A DNA stretch of 64,000 nucleotides from an uncultured delta proteobacterium (GCA_963812015.1 CAWETI010000003.1:352001-416000); one strand, 5' to 3'. Shown: positions 24,323 through 34,680, numbered from the stretch's first letter. Made by a program: numbers and translations. Notes: generated by a model not told the origin, from the letters alone.

Positions 24323-25918
24323 TTATTTGGGGTAAGGGCGGCCCTGGGGCCGGGACACCAGCCAGGCGGGGATTTGACCGCGGGGCCGGGGGCTGTGGGG
24401 CAGGGCCACCATAAGGGGGAGGATGGAGTGCTGTTTGAACCAGGTTTCCAGATCCAGGAGATTCTGGGGAGCTTTGAGGCACAGGAGGGCTTTGCCGTCT
24501 TCGACAATCCAGCGCAGGTTTTCCGGCGGGGTCAGGGCCGCGGCGTCGCCGGGGTAGACGGCCAGGGCGGCGCAGTGGTAGAGGTAACTCCAGAAGCTGC
24601 CGGAGGGGGCAGCCGCGAGGATATTCTGCCAGTGATCGGACCGGTGGCCCGGGGGCAGGCAGACCCGGTTCACTTGGCAATCGCGAGCGGTTTTCAAAGA
24701 CCAGGAATTGCGCACCCCCAGGGTTTGATCGCCAAAAATCTGGCCGCCGGCAGCCCCGGCCAGGGCCACCGCGCCCCAATCCCCGGCCACAAAACGGTTG
24801 TAGTCTCCCTGACGGAGGGTTTCCAGGGCCTTCTGATAGAAGGCCAGGGCCGACTCCGAGATAGCCGGAGGCAGGCGCCAGATGAGGCGGCGGGGACCCC
24901 AGTGGCGATGCTCTTGCAGAAAGGCGGTGTAATTATCCGACGTCAACGCCAGCACCAGGGGCTCTCGCCACTCCCGGGAGAGCTCGGCGGCTTCAGCGTA
25001 ATCCCGGGCCTCCAGCCAGATGCGGCCCCGGGGCGGCGCCTGAGGCCGGGAGGGGCCTGAGACGCTCCGCTGTGAGGGCGGCAGCGGGTACACCGGGGGG
25101 CCGGTACGGGTTCCGGGCGGGGGGGACATCCGAAGGCTCTCCCCAAAGGCCTCCACCACCTCCCGGGCCGCGGTCAGGGCCCGGGGACGCTCCATGGGGG
25201 AGGCCGTGGCCACAGCTTGATAGAGCTTGATCACCTGGGCCAGGGCGGCGGGAGCAAAGAGCTCGCCTCTGATCTGGACCGCCTCGATACCGAGCTGGCA
25301 CAGGCCGGAGAAGGTTTCCAGGGCGGCCATCAGCGTGCCGGCGTGTTCCGGCCGGGCCAGGCAGCAGGTTTCGCAGCTCACCCCCAGGTACTCTTCCATG
25401 AGGCACATACCGGCATACCCCTGACAGCCGGCGGGCAGGGTAACGGCCAGGGACATGGCGGTTTGGCGCCGGATCAAGGCCAGGTCCTTTAAACTTATGG
25501 GTCCTGCCAGCACCACCCGGCTGAATCCCAGAGATTCCGCCAGCCGGATGCCCGGGGAGTTATGGGCGCCCCAGTTGCCGGCGGCCTGGAGGGGCAGGTG
25601 GGGGTAACGGTGGCGGACCTCCCGGACGAGGCCCAGGTCCCTAAGCTGCACGCCATCTGGATCAAGCCGGGCGATGGTGGCGAGGATATCCGGCACCCCG
25701 GGAAGTTCCCGTTCCCGGACCAGCCAATCCCAGGTAAGATAAAACGTCAGGCCCCGACGCCGGGCCGCGTCCCGCCAGTCCGTGAGGTCGGAGAAGACCT
25801 GGGCATCCGGCTGCCGGGGCAGAGGGACCGCCACCCCGCCCACGCGCAGATCCAGGGCGGTGGTGAGGGTTTCCGGGTCCTGAATATGCACCACTAATTC
25901 CATGGAGTTGATGATCAC
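24323..25918 (-). CDS. Divergent peptidase U32-family protein
   Basis: DGVQLRDLGL, LGFSRVVLAGPISL, CQGYAGMCLM...SCETCC, IEAVQIRG resemble U32 motifs. Confidence 0.7.
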   Translation of the reverse strand: MIINSMELVVHIQDPETLTTALDLRVGGVAVPLPRQPDAQVFSDLTDWRDAARRRGLTFYLTWDWLVRERELPGVPDILATIARLDPDGVQLRDLGLVREVRHRYPHLPLQAAGNWGAHNSPGIRLAESLGFSRVVLAGPISLKDLALIRRQTAMSLAVTLPAGCQGYAGMCLMEEYLGVSCETCCLARPEHAGTLMAALETFSGLCQLGIEAVQIRGELFAPAALAQVIKLYQAVATASPMERPRALTAAREVVEAFGESLRMSPPPGTRTGPPVYPLPPSQRSVSGPSRPQAPPRGRIWLEARDYAEAAELSREWREPLVLALTSDNYTAFLQEHRHWGPRRLIWRLPPAISESALAFYQKALETLRQGDYNRFVAGDWGAVALAGAAGGQIFGDQTLGVRNSWSLKTARDCQVNRVCLPPGHRSDHWQNILAAAPSGSFWSYLYHCAALAVYPGDAAALTPPENLRWIVEDGKALLCLKAPQNLLDLETWFKQHSILPLMVALPHSPRPRGQIPAWLVSRPQGRPYPK

Positions 25919-26109
25919 ACCTCGGGGTTAGGCCCCAGTCTCCCGAAGCGAGAAGGCCGGAGCAGGTTACGGTTATTATGCCAGATACCGGCGGCGAGGA
26001 CAAAATCCGGTTTCACGGCCGGGGGAAACCAGAAATCCTTCAACTAAAAACCGTCTCTCCTTGACATCGCCCCGGGGTTATCCATATTGTTACTAATCAC
26101 CTCAAGGAG

Positions 26110-26721
26110 ATGACTATGAAAGTTCTGGGCATATTCGGCAGTCCCCGGCGGCAGGGGAACTCTGACACCCTGATGAAGGCCTTTCTCCAGGGGGCGGCGG
26201 AGGCCGGCGCGCTGGTGGAAGAGATTTTTCTAAGGGATCTGAAAATTTCCCCTTGCCTGGAAATATATCATTGTTTCAAGGATGGCACCTGCCCTATTAA
26301 GGACGAAATGCGGGGGCTGTATGACAAACTGCTGGAGGCCGATGTGGTGGCCCTGGGGTCGCCGGTGTTTTTTTACAGTGTTTCGGCCCAGGTCAAGGCC
26401 ATGATTGACCGGACCCAGGCGTTGTGGGCCCGGCGCTATGTGCTGAAAGATGATTTTCCCGGGGGCAACCGCCAGGGGGTGCTGTTGGTCACCGGCGCCA
26501 CCAAGGGGCGGCTGCTGTTCGTGGGCTCCCGCCTGGTGGCCAAGTATTTCTTCGACGCCATCAATGTCAGGTATGCCGCGGAGATCCTGGTGCGGGGGGT
26601 GGATGAAAAAGGGGCCATCAATGACCGGCCGGAGGTTCTGGAGCAGGCCCGGGACCTGGGCCGGCGCCTGGCTGAAGGCGAGGTGATGGGCCCCATCAAG
26701 ATGGACCCCCTGGCGGTTTAA
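26110..26721 (+). CDS. NADPH-dependent FMN reductase / iron-sulfur flavoprotein family
   Basis: GSPRRQGNSD, GSPVFFYSVSAQVKAMIDR. Confidence 0.9.
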   Translation: MTMKVLGIFGSPRRQGNSDTLMKAFLQGAAEAGALVEEIFLRDLKISPCLEIYHCFKDGTCPIKDEMRGLYDKLLEADVVALGSPVFFYSVSAQVKAMIDRTQALWARRYVLKDDFPGGNRQGVLLVTGATKGRLLFVGSRLVAKYFFDAINVRYAAEILVRGVDEKGAINDRPEVLEQARDLGRRLAEGEVMGPIKMDPLAV

Positions 26722-26896
26722 GGGAGGTACAAAAATGATGTGAGGGGAGGGCCAGGGACCCTTACAAAAAAGTCCCTGCCCTCCCCCCACACCCCCCTCC
26801 CAACCCGTGAATGGAGATTGGCAGGGCGGGGCCTTCAGCCCCGGGTTACTCAAGGGAAATGAACGACGGATTAACCATGCGATCAACGGAGGTCTT

Positions 26897-27286
26897 ATGG
26901 CACTAACGGTGGGAATGACCAATGAGATGCGGCTCAAGACCGGCCCGGAGCACTCCGCGAAAAGATTCTACCCCAAAGTTCCGAATGTCTTCGGCACCCC
27001 CTTCCTGGGAGGAATGTTTGAGGGGGTGAGCGCCGATCTGATGGCGCCCCATCTGGGGCCGGGGGAAACCTCGGTGGGGATTTCCATGAGTCTGACGCAT
27101 ACGGCCCCTACTCCCCTGGGCATGGAGGTTCGGGCCACCACCGAGATTACCCAGGTGGAAGGCAAAAAGATCACCTTCAAGCTGGAGGCCTTTGATGAGA
27201 AGGAAAAGATTGGCGAGGCCGTCCACGAACGTTTTATAATTAATGAAGCGAAATTCAATCAACGGGTGGAGGCCAAGAAGAGCTGA
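26897..27286 (+). CDS. Hot-dog fold thioesterase (FlK-like)
   Basis: VFGTP...E...SVGISMSLTHTAPTPLG...GEAVHERFII; GGAGG RBS. Confidence 0.88.
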   Translation: MALTVGMTNEMRLKTGPEHSAKRFYPKVPNVFGTPFLGGMFEGVSADLMAPHLGPGETSVGISMSLTHTAPTPLGMEVRATTEITQVEGKKITFKLEAFDEKEKIGEAVHERFIINEAKFNQRVEAKKS

Positions 27287-27321
27287 AGCCAAGCACACCT
27301 TCCCTGGATTTTCCCTACGAT

Positions 27322-28077
27322 TTGGTGTCCCTGGGGCATTTCGAGGCCGGCGGCGGCTGGGAGGCCCAAATCCGCCAGTACGTCCGGAAGAAGTACCGCC
27401 AGGACCTGGCCGGGCTGGCCGACCTGGACCCCCAGGCCTTGGCCGGGCTCTTCCGGGGGGAACTGGTGGCCGGCCGCCCCTACGCCACCATCCAATGGGT
27501 GTTGCGGGTGGTGCCTTTCCGTCCCCTGGAGATGTACCTGCTCTTCGACCAGGACCCCGAGTTCGGCATGGATCTCAGGGTTTTTTATGCCAGGAAGAGC
27601 CTGGCAGTCCCCACTGAGGACGCCTACGTCTTTGCCTGGGATTACGTGGCCCTGCTGGCCCGCTATGGCCGGGGCACGTTCGGCCTGGAGAATGCCGGCC
27701 CCGGTTTGGCGTGGCTGCCGTTCTCGGACTTCGCCCCGGAGGGGGCGGGCCCCATGAAGGATGTATCCCTGGGGGCCCGGGAGGAGATCCTGGAAAAGGT
27801 GGGGCCCGCAGTGGTGGAGGTGGCGGTCCGGCGGATGGATTGCGGCAGTTTTGCCAGGAGAGACGACTTTTGGGAGGTGACCTGGCCCATCCTGGGCGAC
27901 CTGGCCTTCCGGTTCCGGTACCGCCCGGCCGGCGCGGAGATGGCCTTTGACAGTCGTGGGGCCCGGAAGTACGGCCCGGAAATTCTCATGAGTTTCACCT
28001 GGCTGTATATCAATGGACTCCTGAGGGAATGCCGCCAGGTGGACGCCTCGCTGCCAAAGCTGTCCCGGTATTTTTAG
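27322..28077 (+). CDS. Hypothetical protein (start uncertain)
   Basis: 251 aa ORF with host-like codon usage, in operon context. Confidence 0.7.
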   Translation: MVSLGHFEAGGGWEAQIRQYVRKKYRQDLAGLADLDPQALAGLFRGELVAGRPYATIQWVLRVVPFRPLEMYLLFDQDPEFGMDLRVFYARKSLAVPTEDAYVFAWDYVALLARYGRGTFGLENAGPGLAWLPFSDFAPEGAGPMKDVSLGAREEILEKVGPAVVEVAVRRMDCGSFARRDDFWEVTWPILGDLAFRFRYRPAGAEMAFDSRGARKYGPEILMSFTWLYINGLLRECRQVDASLPKLSRYF

Positions 28078-28267
28078 TCGGATGCACTGCGTTTATTGCC
28101 ATAAAGCCAGCATCGTCCTGCGCCCCACCTGAAGCGGGGTGGAAATCGGCTGCCCGGGTTGCGGCCGCGTCTATTCGGCGGCGGAGATCAAGGAACTGGT
28201 CAGACGATTGCGGCCGGCCGGGAAGGGCAGACCGGAGCCGGCCGGCCCGAGTAAATAAAGGGGTTGC

Positions 28268-28546
28268 ATGAGCAGCCGACTGAAAGATTTGAGCCGTTTG
28301 AGCCGGCCGAACCAGGCCCGTTCAGGTCAGGTCAAGGTCAGCTATGGGGTCCATAACCTGGAGGCGGCCATCGCCGGAAAATCCGTCAGCGAGGTGCGCC
28401 AGGCCTTGAAAGAGCCATTGAACATCGACCCCCGGGCCCTGGCCCTGGTGAACGGCCGGGACGTGGCGGCTTCGTATATCCTGAAGCAGGATGACCAACT
28501 GGAGTTTGTGCGCCTGGCGGGAGAAAAGGGCCGGGACGCCGATTAA
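28268..28546 (+). CDS. Ubiquitin-like (ThiS/MoaD beta-grasp) protein
   Basis: ALVNGRDV...YILKQDDQLEFVRLAGEKG. Confidence 0.75.
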   Translation: MSSRLKDLSRLSRPNQARSGQVKVSYGVHNLEAAIAGKSVSEVRQALKEPLNIDPRALALVNGRDVAASYILKQDDQLEFVRLAGEKGRDAD

Positions 28547-28660
28547 CCCTCCGCGCCGGAGTAGTGTCCTAATTTGCCTGGGCACGTCACTCCTCTAATT
28601 TTTGCCAAACTTCGCATTGATTCTTGACAAATATATGATTATGGTATCAGATGTGATACC

Positions 28661-28975
28661 ATGGATTCAAAAAAGCTAAACACGCTGAAGCGCCGCCATG
28701 TTGCCCTCAGGAAAGGAGCTGATATTACAAGGCGAGCTTTGGTCAGTTTAGCTAAATCTCTCGGTAGGAAGACTTCCCCTCGGGGAAAGGAACCCACATA
28801 TGTAAGTGAATTTTTCGCCCTAAGACCGCTTGCTATACCTTCACACCGAATCATAAAGGAATATACGGCAAAAAGTATTCTGGACCAATTGGAGGAAGAC
28901 ATCTTCCAATGGGAAGAATATCTTAGGAAGGAATTAAAGGCTAAGAAAAGCAAGGATAAGGAGCCAAATTCATGA
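28661..28975 (+). CDS. Divergent HicA-like toxin
   Basis: Basic 104 aa, LAKSLG...PLAIPSH...TAKSILDQL; ATGA overlap with HicB. Confidence 0.55.
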   Translation: MDSKKLNTLKRRHVALRKGADITRRALVSLAKSLGRKTSPRGKEPTYVSEFFALRPLAIPSHRIIKEYTAKSILDQLEEDIFQWEEYLRKELKAKKSKDKEPNS

Positions 28976-29553
28976 AAGCAACGGCTACTGAATATCTAAA
29001 AAAGCCGTATTCTCGCACTCTCATCCCTGTCGGCGATGGAACATTTTTTGCGGAGATACTGGAATTTCCAGGGTGTTTTGCAGAGGGGCAAAGCCCCGAG
29101 GAAGCTTATAAAAATCTTGAGGCCGTTGCTGAATCATGGATTGAGGCCGCCCAAGATCGGGGGCAGGAAATCCCTGAACCCTTTGCAACCCACGATTTTT
29201 CGGGTCGCGTTGCTCTCCGCATCCCAAGGAGTATTCATAAGCAAGCAGCAAAGTTCGCTGAAATTGATAACACTAGCCTCAATCAGTTTTTTTTGACTGC
29301 TGTCGCAACAAGAGTAGGCGCTGAGGAGTTCTTTGAGCGCCTATATAATAGGTTGGAAGCCAAATTCATGACAATTTCAACAGCGATATCTTCTCATACT
29401 ATCAACTTTCATGGTCCTTTTAAATTGACAGCTGTGAAGATGATAGCAACCCAAGTTTTCCCTTCAGCCTTATCAGATCAACAATTTATTTTGGCAACCG
29501 ATGGGCTGCTAACGACAGCTACAAGTAGCCAAATTATTGAGGAGGAAGCTTAA
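28972..29553 (+). CDS. HicB-family antitoxin with RHH domain and C-terminal extension
   Basis: FFAEILEFPGCFAEGQSPEEA...FSGRVALRIPRSIH...TSLNQF. Confidence 0.88.
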   Translation: MKATATEYLKKPYSRTLIPVGDGTFFAEILEFPGCFAEGQSPEEAYKNLEAVAESWIEAAQDRGQEIPEPFATHDFSGRVALRIPRSIHKQAAKFAEIDNTSLNQFFLTAVATRVGAEEFFERLYNRLEAKFMTISTAISSHTINFHGPFKLTAVKMIATQVFPSALSDQQFILATDGLLTTATSSQIIEEEA

Positions 29554-29554
29554 A

Positions 29555-29812
29555 ATGGGTGAACCACAAATAATAACTTTTTCATACAAAGAACTTGCGA
29601 CAGTGCTAATTAAGCATCAGGGGATTCATGAAGGATTATGGAGTGTAACTGTGCAACTTGGTTTGCAAGGTGCGAATGTCAAAGTTGGTCCTTCTGAAGA
29701 GGAGATGGTTCCAGCAGCAATTATTCCATTGATGAGAATTGGATTACAGAAACAAAACAAGCCCAACCCATTAACGGTTGATGCCGCAGAAGTCAACCCA
29801 ATCAAACCTTAA
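29555..29812 (+). CDS. Small hypothetical protein, third gene of the HicAB-like operon
   Basis: GAGGAGG RBS, 1 nt after hicB stop. Confidence 0.75.
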   Translation: MGEPQIITFSYKELATVLIKHQGIHEGLWSVTVQLGLQGANVKVGPSEEEMVPAAIIPLMRIGLQKQNKPNPLTVDAAEVNPIKP

Positions 29813-30187
29813 TCTTCCAATGAAGTGAACAACTTGTTAAAGAAGGGCTCAGTTATTGGATGAGTCCTTTTTTTCGTTCTGCGATCCTTAAAGATGGAAG
29901 CCCTGACAGCCTTCTCCGATGAATCTATGGGTGGGATATGGAGCACGGCATAATACCGGCGCTTAGTGTTTTCCCATTAGGGATGATGACCAAGCGTAGC
30001 ATTTAGTGGCCTGAGGGTGGCCCTTGATCTGGAAAATTGCTTGTGCAAGAGATAAATTAGGGCACTACTCGCGCCGGGGCGCCTTTGACAGGACCGGAAA
30101 AAAAAGATATACATATAAGTTACGCAGGGCATAGAGCTGACGCAGTTTCTGGTTATCGCCTGCGATCCACCACAACGGAGATTATCT

Positions 30188-30406
30188 ATGGCCCGGGTTA
30201 CCATTGAAGACTGCCTGGAACAAGTGCCGACCCGCTTCGGGCTGATCCACCTGGCGGCCAAGCGGGTGCGCCAGATCTACCGCGGGGCGCCGGTTCTGGT
30301 CAGAGGGGACAACAAAGAGATCGTCATGGCCCTGCGGGAGATCGCCGCAGCTAAGATCGTGCCCACCACCCCCCTGAAAGCCCTGCCGGAACCCGAAGAA
30401 GAATAA
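30188..30406 (+). CDS. rpoZ: RNA polymerase omega subunit
   Basis: [10 protein letters not shown]...[15 protein letters not shown]...ALREIA. Confidence 0.95.
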   Translation: MARVTIEDCLEQVPTRFGLIHLAAKRVRQIYRGAPVLVRGDNKEIVMALREIAAAKIVPTTPLKALPEPEEE

Positions 30407-30479
30407 CCCTTACCCCATCGCGTGCGGACCTGCTGCGGCCTCACTCAAGGAGTGGGGGGCGGAGGTTCGCCCTGGTTGC

Positions 30480-31436
30480 TTATCCCGGCAGGACACCGGC
30501 GCCGGCGCCGGTCCAGCACAGTACCAGTTCCTCTTGTTCCGGCGCGGCATCCGGCCCCCAGATCTCCAGGTCCCAATGCCACACCGCGGGGAGGGGCCAG
30601 CCGGCGACGATATCCGCCTCCACAAATTCCTGAAGTTTTCCCAAGGCGTCTTGCGGTTCCTGGCGCTGGGCCACCGCGCTGAGCAGGGCCTCCAGGAGAG
30701 CCACAAACTGCTGCTGCCACGGCGGCTTGGCGCCGTCGCCGCAGACCGTCCGCCATTCGGCGCTATTCCGGCAGCCGGGCAAGGATAGGCGAAACGGCTC
30801 CAGGGCGGTCCAGTCCGGCCAGCCTTTCAAGGTGAGAAAGATGGCCCGGGAGGTGCGGCCCAAGAGCACGGGGACCGACTGAGTTTGTAGGAAGGGGGCC
30901 AGGGCCCGGCGCCAGAGGCGATAGCGCATCAGGGCCAGTTCGGGGTCCACGGTTTCCGGGACCCCGGGGGCGGGCTCGAAGGCCTCCTGATCCCTCCAGG
31001 GTTCCGGCTTGAAGATGTCTTGCAGCCAGTCTTGTCCCTTATCCACCAGGAGGAGTTGGGCGTCCTGATCGGCCTGCATTTTTTCCAGCTGCCAGGCCAG
31101 GGACCAGGCATTGGAGGAAGGTGGCTGCGCCTCCGGGGCCCCGGGCTGCCCATAGCCGCGGATGGCCTGGAGCATATTCTCGCCGGCGTCCTCCTGGTCC
31201 CGGCGGTAATCGGCAAAGGCCCGCCACTGGCGCAAATCCCCGGGCTGATAATGCTCCAGCTCCCGGGGATGGACCTCGGCTTCCGGGGGTAACGGCATCC
31301 CCTGGTAGGGCAGTTGTTCAGGCCACCCCGGGATTACCCCCACCTTCAAGTCAGGCAGATACAGCGGCAAGGTCCAAAACTCCTCCCGCCACGGCAGGAT
31401 TACCGGAAAAGCGACGATGTGCCAGGGCGATTCCAT
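30480..31436 (-). CDS. Hypothetical protein
   Basis: Long ORF with host-like codon usage, GGAGG RBS. Confidence 0.7.
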   Translation of the reverse strand: MESPWHIVAFPVILPWREEFWTLPLYLPDLKVGVIPGWPEQLPYQGMPLPPEAEVHPRELEHYQPGDLRQWRAFADYRRDQEDAGENMLQAIRGYGQPGAPEAQPPSSNAWSLAWQLEKMQADQDAQLLLVDKGQDWLQDIFKPEPWRDQEAFEPAPGVPETVDPELALMRYRLWRRALAPFLQTQSVPVLLGRTSRAIFLTLKGWPDWTALEPFRLSLPGCRNSAEWRTVCGDGAKPPWQQQFVALLEALLSAVAQRQEPQDALGKLQEFVEADIVAGWPLPAVWHWDLEIWGPDAAPEQEELVLCWTGAGAGVLPG

Positions 31437-31671
31437 AAGCCCTCCACTGGCTTTTTTATACTGACTTGCAGTCAAAGGGTGGCACAGGCTAAAGCCTGCG
31501 GCTACAATAATAGCTCTTTGGACGCAACTCGATATTAGGGCACGGCCCGCCGTGCCCCTAGGGTGGCAAAGTAATTTATTTTCTGCTCCGGGTAATAATG
31601 CCCGGCGAAGTCTTCCTATTCATATCTCAGGAGTCTCCCAGATTCAAGGGCAAGACGGGGCGCGGCGATGA

Positions 31672-31855
31672 TTATAGCAATTGCAAAAAGTTTTTTCCGT
31701 TATGACACATGCTCCAAGAACCTAAATCCCCCCTACCCCCCCTTTTCCAAAGGGGGGAACTTAGCGGAATTCCTTTTAAAGTCCCCCTTTGAAAAAGAGG
31801 GATTTAGGGGGATTTAAAAACCATCACTGAGAAGGAATTTTTGGCAAACGCTATA
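31672..31855. mobile_element. MITE-like element with internal C/G-run hairpins
   Basis: Imperfect TIR TATAGCAATTGCAAAAA/TTTTTGGCAAACGCTATA; internal units resemble 12720-12805. Confidence 0.55.
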
Positions 31856-31892
31856 ATCGGAGCAGGAAAGGGATTCCCGCCACCCCCACCCA

Positions 31893-32363
31893 CTAAACAT
31901 GATACGGGTGGCCGGTTTTGATGGTCATGGCCCGATAGAGCTGCTCCAGGAGGACGAGGCGGGAGAGTTCATGGGTCAGGGTGAGGGGGGAGAGAGACAG
32001 GCGCTCGGGGGCGGCGGCCAGGGTCGGCTCGTCCAAGCCCCAGTGGCCGCCGATGAGGAAGGCGAGGGGGCGGGAGGCCTCTTCCTGTTGGGTGAGCCAG
32101 GCGGCGAAGGCTTCCGAGGAAAATTGACGGCCCTGGGGGGTGAGGGCCACCGCCCAGGCCCGGGGCGGGATCTGGGCCCGGAGACGCTCGCCTTCTTTGA
32201 GCTTGAGGATTTCGGCGGACAGGCCGGAGCCCTCTGTTTCGGCCCGGACGCTCTTCAGGGAGAGGTCCAGGTAGGGTTGCAGGCGCTTGACGTAGAAGGC
32301 CAGGCCCTCCTGGATGAAGGCTTGCCGGGTTTTGCCCACCATGAGGACGGTGACGTGGAGCAT
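31893..32363 (-). CDS. rlmH: 23S rRNA pseudouridine-1915 N3-methyltransferase
   Basis: FLIGGHWGL...LSLSPLTLTHELSRLVLLEQLYRA...GHPYH. Confidence 0.95.
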   Translation of the reverse strand: MLHVTVLMVGKTRQAFIQEGLAFYVKRLQPYLDLSLKSVRAETEGSGLSAEILKLKEGERLRAQIPPRAWAVALTPQGRQFSSEAFAAWLTQQEEASRPLAFLIGGHWGLDEPTLAAAPERLSLSPLTLTHELSRLVLLEQLYRAMTIKTGHPYHV

Positions 32364-32384
32364 GGAGCTAAGACAGGGCCGGGA

Positions 32385-32801
32385 TCAGGGGGCCGGTTCG
32401 CCGAGCAAGAGGAAGCGGCTTTTGCCCGAGGCGATGCGGGCGCCGTCGGCCAGGCGGGTGATTTCCCCTTCGGCCAGGCGGCGACTACCGTTTTTGGTGT
32501 GAAGCACCCCCCGGACCAGGATTGGTTCATCGGGTTTGAGGGGGGCATGAAAGCGCACGTCCAGGCCCAGGGTGAGGCCGGGGCCGGCAAAATGCCACAC
32601 GGCGTGGGCCATCATCTCATCCAAGAGGGTGGACAGGATGCCGCCGTGGATGACGTCGGCCCAGCCCTGGTATTCCTTGGGCAGGGAAAGTTCGGTCTCC
32701 GCCGCCATTTCAGCCTCCAGGTAACGGACCGCGATCTTCAGCCCCCGGGGGTTGTCTTGGCCGCAGACGAAGCAGTAGTTGTCGGAGATGGGAGTAGTCA
32801 T
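32385..32801 (-). CDS. PaaI-family thioesterase
   Basis: CFVCGQDNPRGL...YQGWADVIHGGILSTLLDE. Confidence 0.9.
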   Translation of the reverse strand: MTTPISDNYCFVCGQDNPRGLKIAVRYLEAEMAAETELSLPKEYQGWADVIHGGILSTLLDEMMAHAVWHFAGPGLTLGLDVRFHAPLKPDEPILVRGVLHTKNGSRRLAEGEITRLADGARIASGKSRFLLLGEPAP

Positions 32802-33117
32802 TTTGGGTAACGCCAGGCTTACTTGATGAGCGTTCTCCAGCAGGGGCTTGGGAACGAGTTTTGAGGGCACAGCACGCTAGGCCCCTGCATTCAAAAAACA
32901 ATCAGAAGAACTTTTTGGCAATCGCTATAAACGAGAATTGCTTGCACCCATACATAGCACAGGCGAGACGCCTGTGCCACTGGTCTTCCTTTTTCCGGAG
33001 AGTTTGAGGGGAGTTTTTCGTAAGGGCTTCCCCCAGCCCTCTCCTCATAATACTTCTTATACCAAGGTGCAGTCAAAGGACAATTAATGGCAAGATGCAA
33101 TAATAAAACCCAGGATT

Positions 33118-33177
33118 GTAGGGGCGCACCCGCCTGTGCGCCCTCAACCAAGGGCGGACACATGGGTCCGCCCCTAC
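33118..33177. repeat. Inverted REP doublet (REPIN-like)
   Basis: GTAGGGGCGCACCCGCCTGTGCGCCC ... GGGCGGACACATGGGTCCGCCCCTAC. Confidence 0.75.
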
Positions 33178-33207
33178 AAAAAATTGCCGTTTGTTTGCGA
33201 TTTTGTA

Positions 33208-34680
33208 TTACTTCCTTTGCTTCGGGGTTAAGTCCAGCAGGGCGGCGATTTGGCCGGCCAGGTCCGGGACCAGGTCTTCCGGTTTGCTGCTTTTGGGGGT
33301 GAGCAATTGGGGCCGATTTTGGTACTCCGGCTTCGGCGTCACCTCGAATTCCGGGGGGAAGGAGTTTTCGAAGTACATCTGTTGGAAGCCGATGAATTTC
33401 AGGTGGTGGGCGGTGGCGTCCAGGACCGCGGCTTCGTCCTTCCCTAACAAACCTTCCTGCAAGGCCACCCGGAAGCCCGCCAGGGATTCGCCCCCCTGGG
33501 TGCAGGCGATATGGCCGTGGCGGTTGGCCAGGAGCATGGAGTCCATGATCTCCTGTTCGCTGACGTGGACCACGGCGACGCTGCCTTCGCCGGCCCGGCG
33601 ATGGTAATGCTCCACCAGGCGGATGACCCGGGGCATGGACACGGGGTTGCCGATCATGGCGGCCTGGGCCACGCTGGGCTGCACGGTTACCGGGGTGAAG
33701 ATGCGTTTGGCTTTATTCGCCTCAAGGTAGTAGCGGAACACCGGATCGGCGTGGCGGGACTGGACCCCGATGACCCGGGGCAGGGTCTCGATGATCTGGA
33801 GGTCGTGGAGGCGGAGAAATCCCTGCATGATGGCGGTGATGTTGCCGGCGTTGCCGATGGGCACCACCACGGCTCTTTTCGTAAGGTCGTAATCGAAGCT
33901 CTGGGCGATTTCGTAGGCGTAGGACTCCTGGCCCCGGATACGCCAGGAGTTCTTGGAATTCAGCAGGGCGACCTGGTAGTTATCGGCCAGGGCCTCCACC
34001 ACCTTCATGCAGTCGTCGAAGACGCCGGGGACTTCCAGGACCCGGGCGCCGCTGCCCAGGGGCTGGGCCAGTTGCTGGGGCGTGACCTTGCCGTGGGGCA
34101 GGAGCACGGCGGAGGCCACTTTATCCCCCAGGTAGGCGGAATAGAGGGCGGCGGCGGCGGAGGTGTCGCCGGTGGAGGCGCAGATGGCGAGCATCTTGCC
34201 GGCGCCGGGCTGATGGACCAGGAAGTTGAGGTAGCTCAGGGCGGCGGCCATGCCCCGGTCTTTGAAGGAGGCGCTGGGGTTCTGGCCGTCGTTCTTGAAA
34301 GAAAAAGGGGCCCCGACTTCGCTCTCAAGGTCGGCATTGGCCGCCACCTGGGGGGTGTGGCCTTCCCCCAGGTAGATGATGTCCATGAGAGGGATGACCG
34401 GGGCGATGAGTTCGTAATACCGGAAAATACCACTCAGGGCCGGGAGGTTGAGCATCCGGCGGTAATCGAAGAGCCGGCGCCAGAAGGCGCCAGGGCGCTC
34501 GGCAAGACGCGCCGCGTTTTTATCCTCCAGGAGGAACAAACCCCGGCAGTGAGGGCAGGTGTAGAGGAGCTCGGTAATATCGAATTCCGCGCCGCACTCC
34601 AGGCAGCGGTAGACCATCTCGCCGGTGGGGGAGGGGATGAGGTGGGGGCGGATGTCGTCGGGGAATTGTTCGGGTTTCAC
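33208..34680 (-). CDS. thrC: Threonine synthase
   Basis: NPSASFKDRGM PLP lysine, CASTGDTSAAA, VPIGNAGN. Confidence 0.95.
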   Translation of the reverse strand: MKPEQFPDDIRPHLIPSPTGEMVYRCLECGAEFDITELLYTCPHCRGLFLLEDKNAARLAERPGAFWRRLFDYRRMLNLPALSGIFRYYELIAPVIPLMDIIYLGEGHTPQVAANADLESEVGAPFSFKNDGQNPSASFKDRGMAAALSYLNFLVHQPGAGKMLAICASTGDTSAAAALYSAYLGDKVASAVLLPHGKVTPQQLAQPLGSGARVLEVPGVFDDCMKVVEALADNYQVALLNSKNSWRIRGQESYAYEIAQSFDYDLTKRAVVVPIGNAGNITAIMQGFLRLHDLQIIETLPRVIGVQSRHADPVFRYYLEANKAKRIFTPVTVQPSVAQAAMIGNPVSMPRVIRLVEHYHRRAGEGSVAVVHVSEQEIMDSMLLANRHGHIACTQGGESLAGFRVALQEGLLGKDEAAVLDATAHHLKFIGFQQMYFENSFPPEFEVTPKPEYQNRPQLLTPKSSKPEDLVPDLAGQIAALLDLTPKQRK

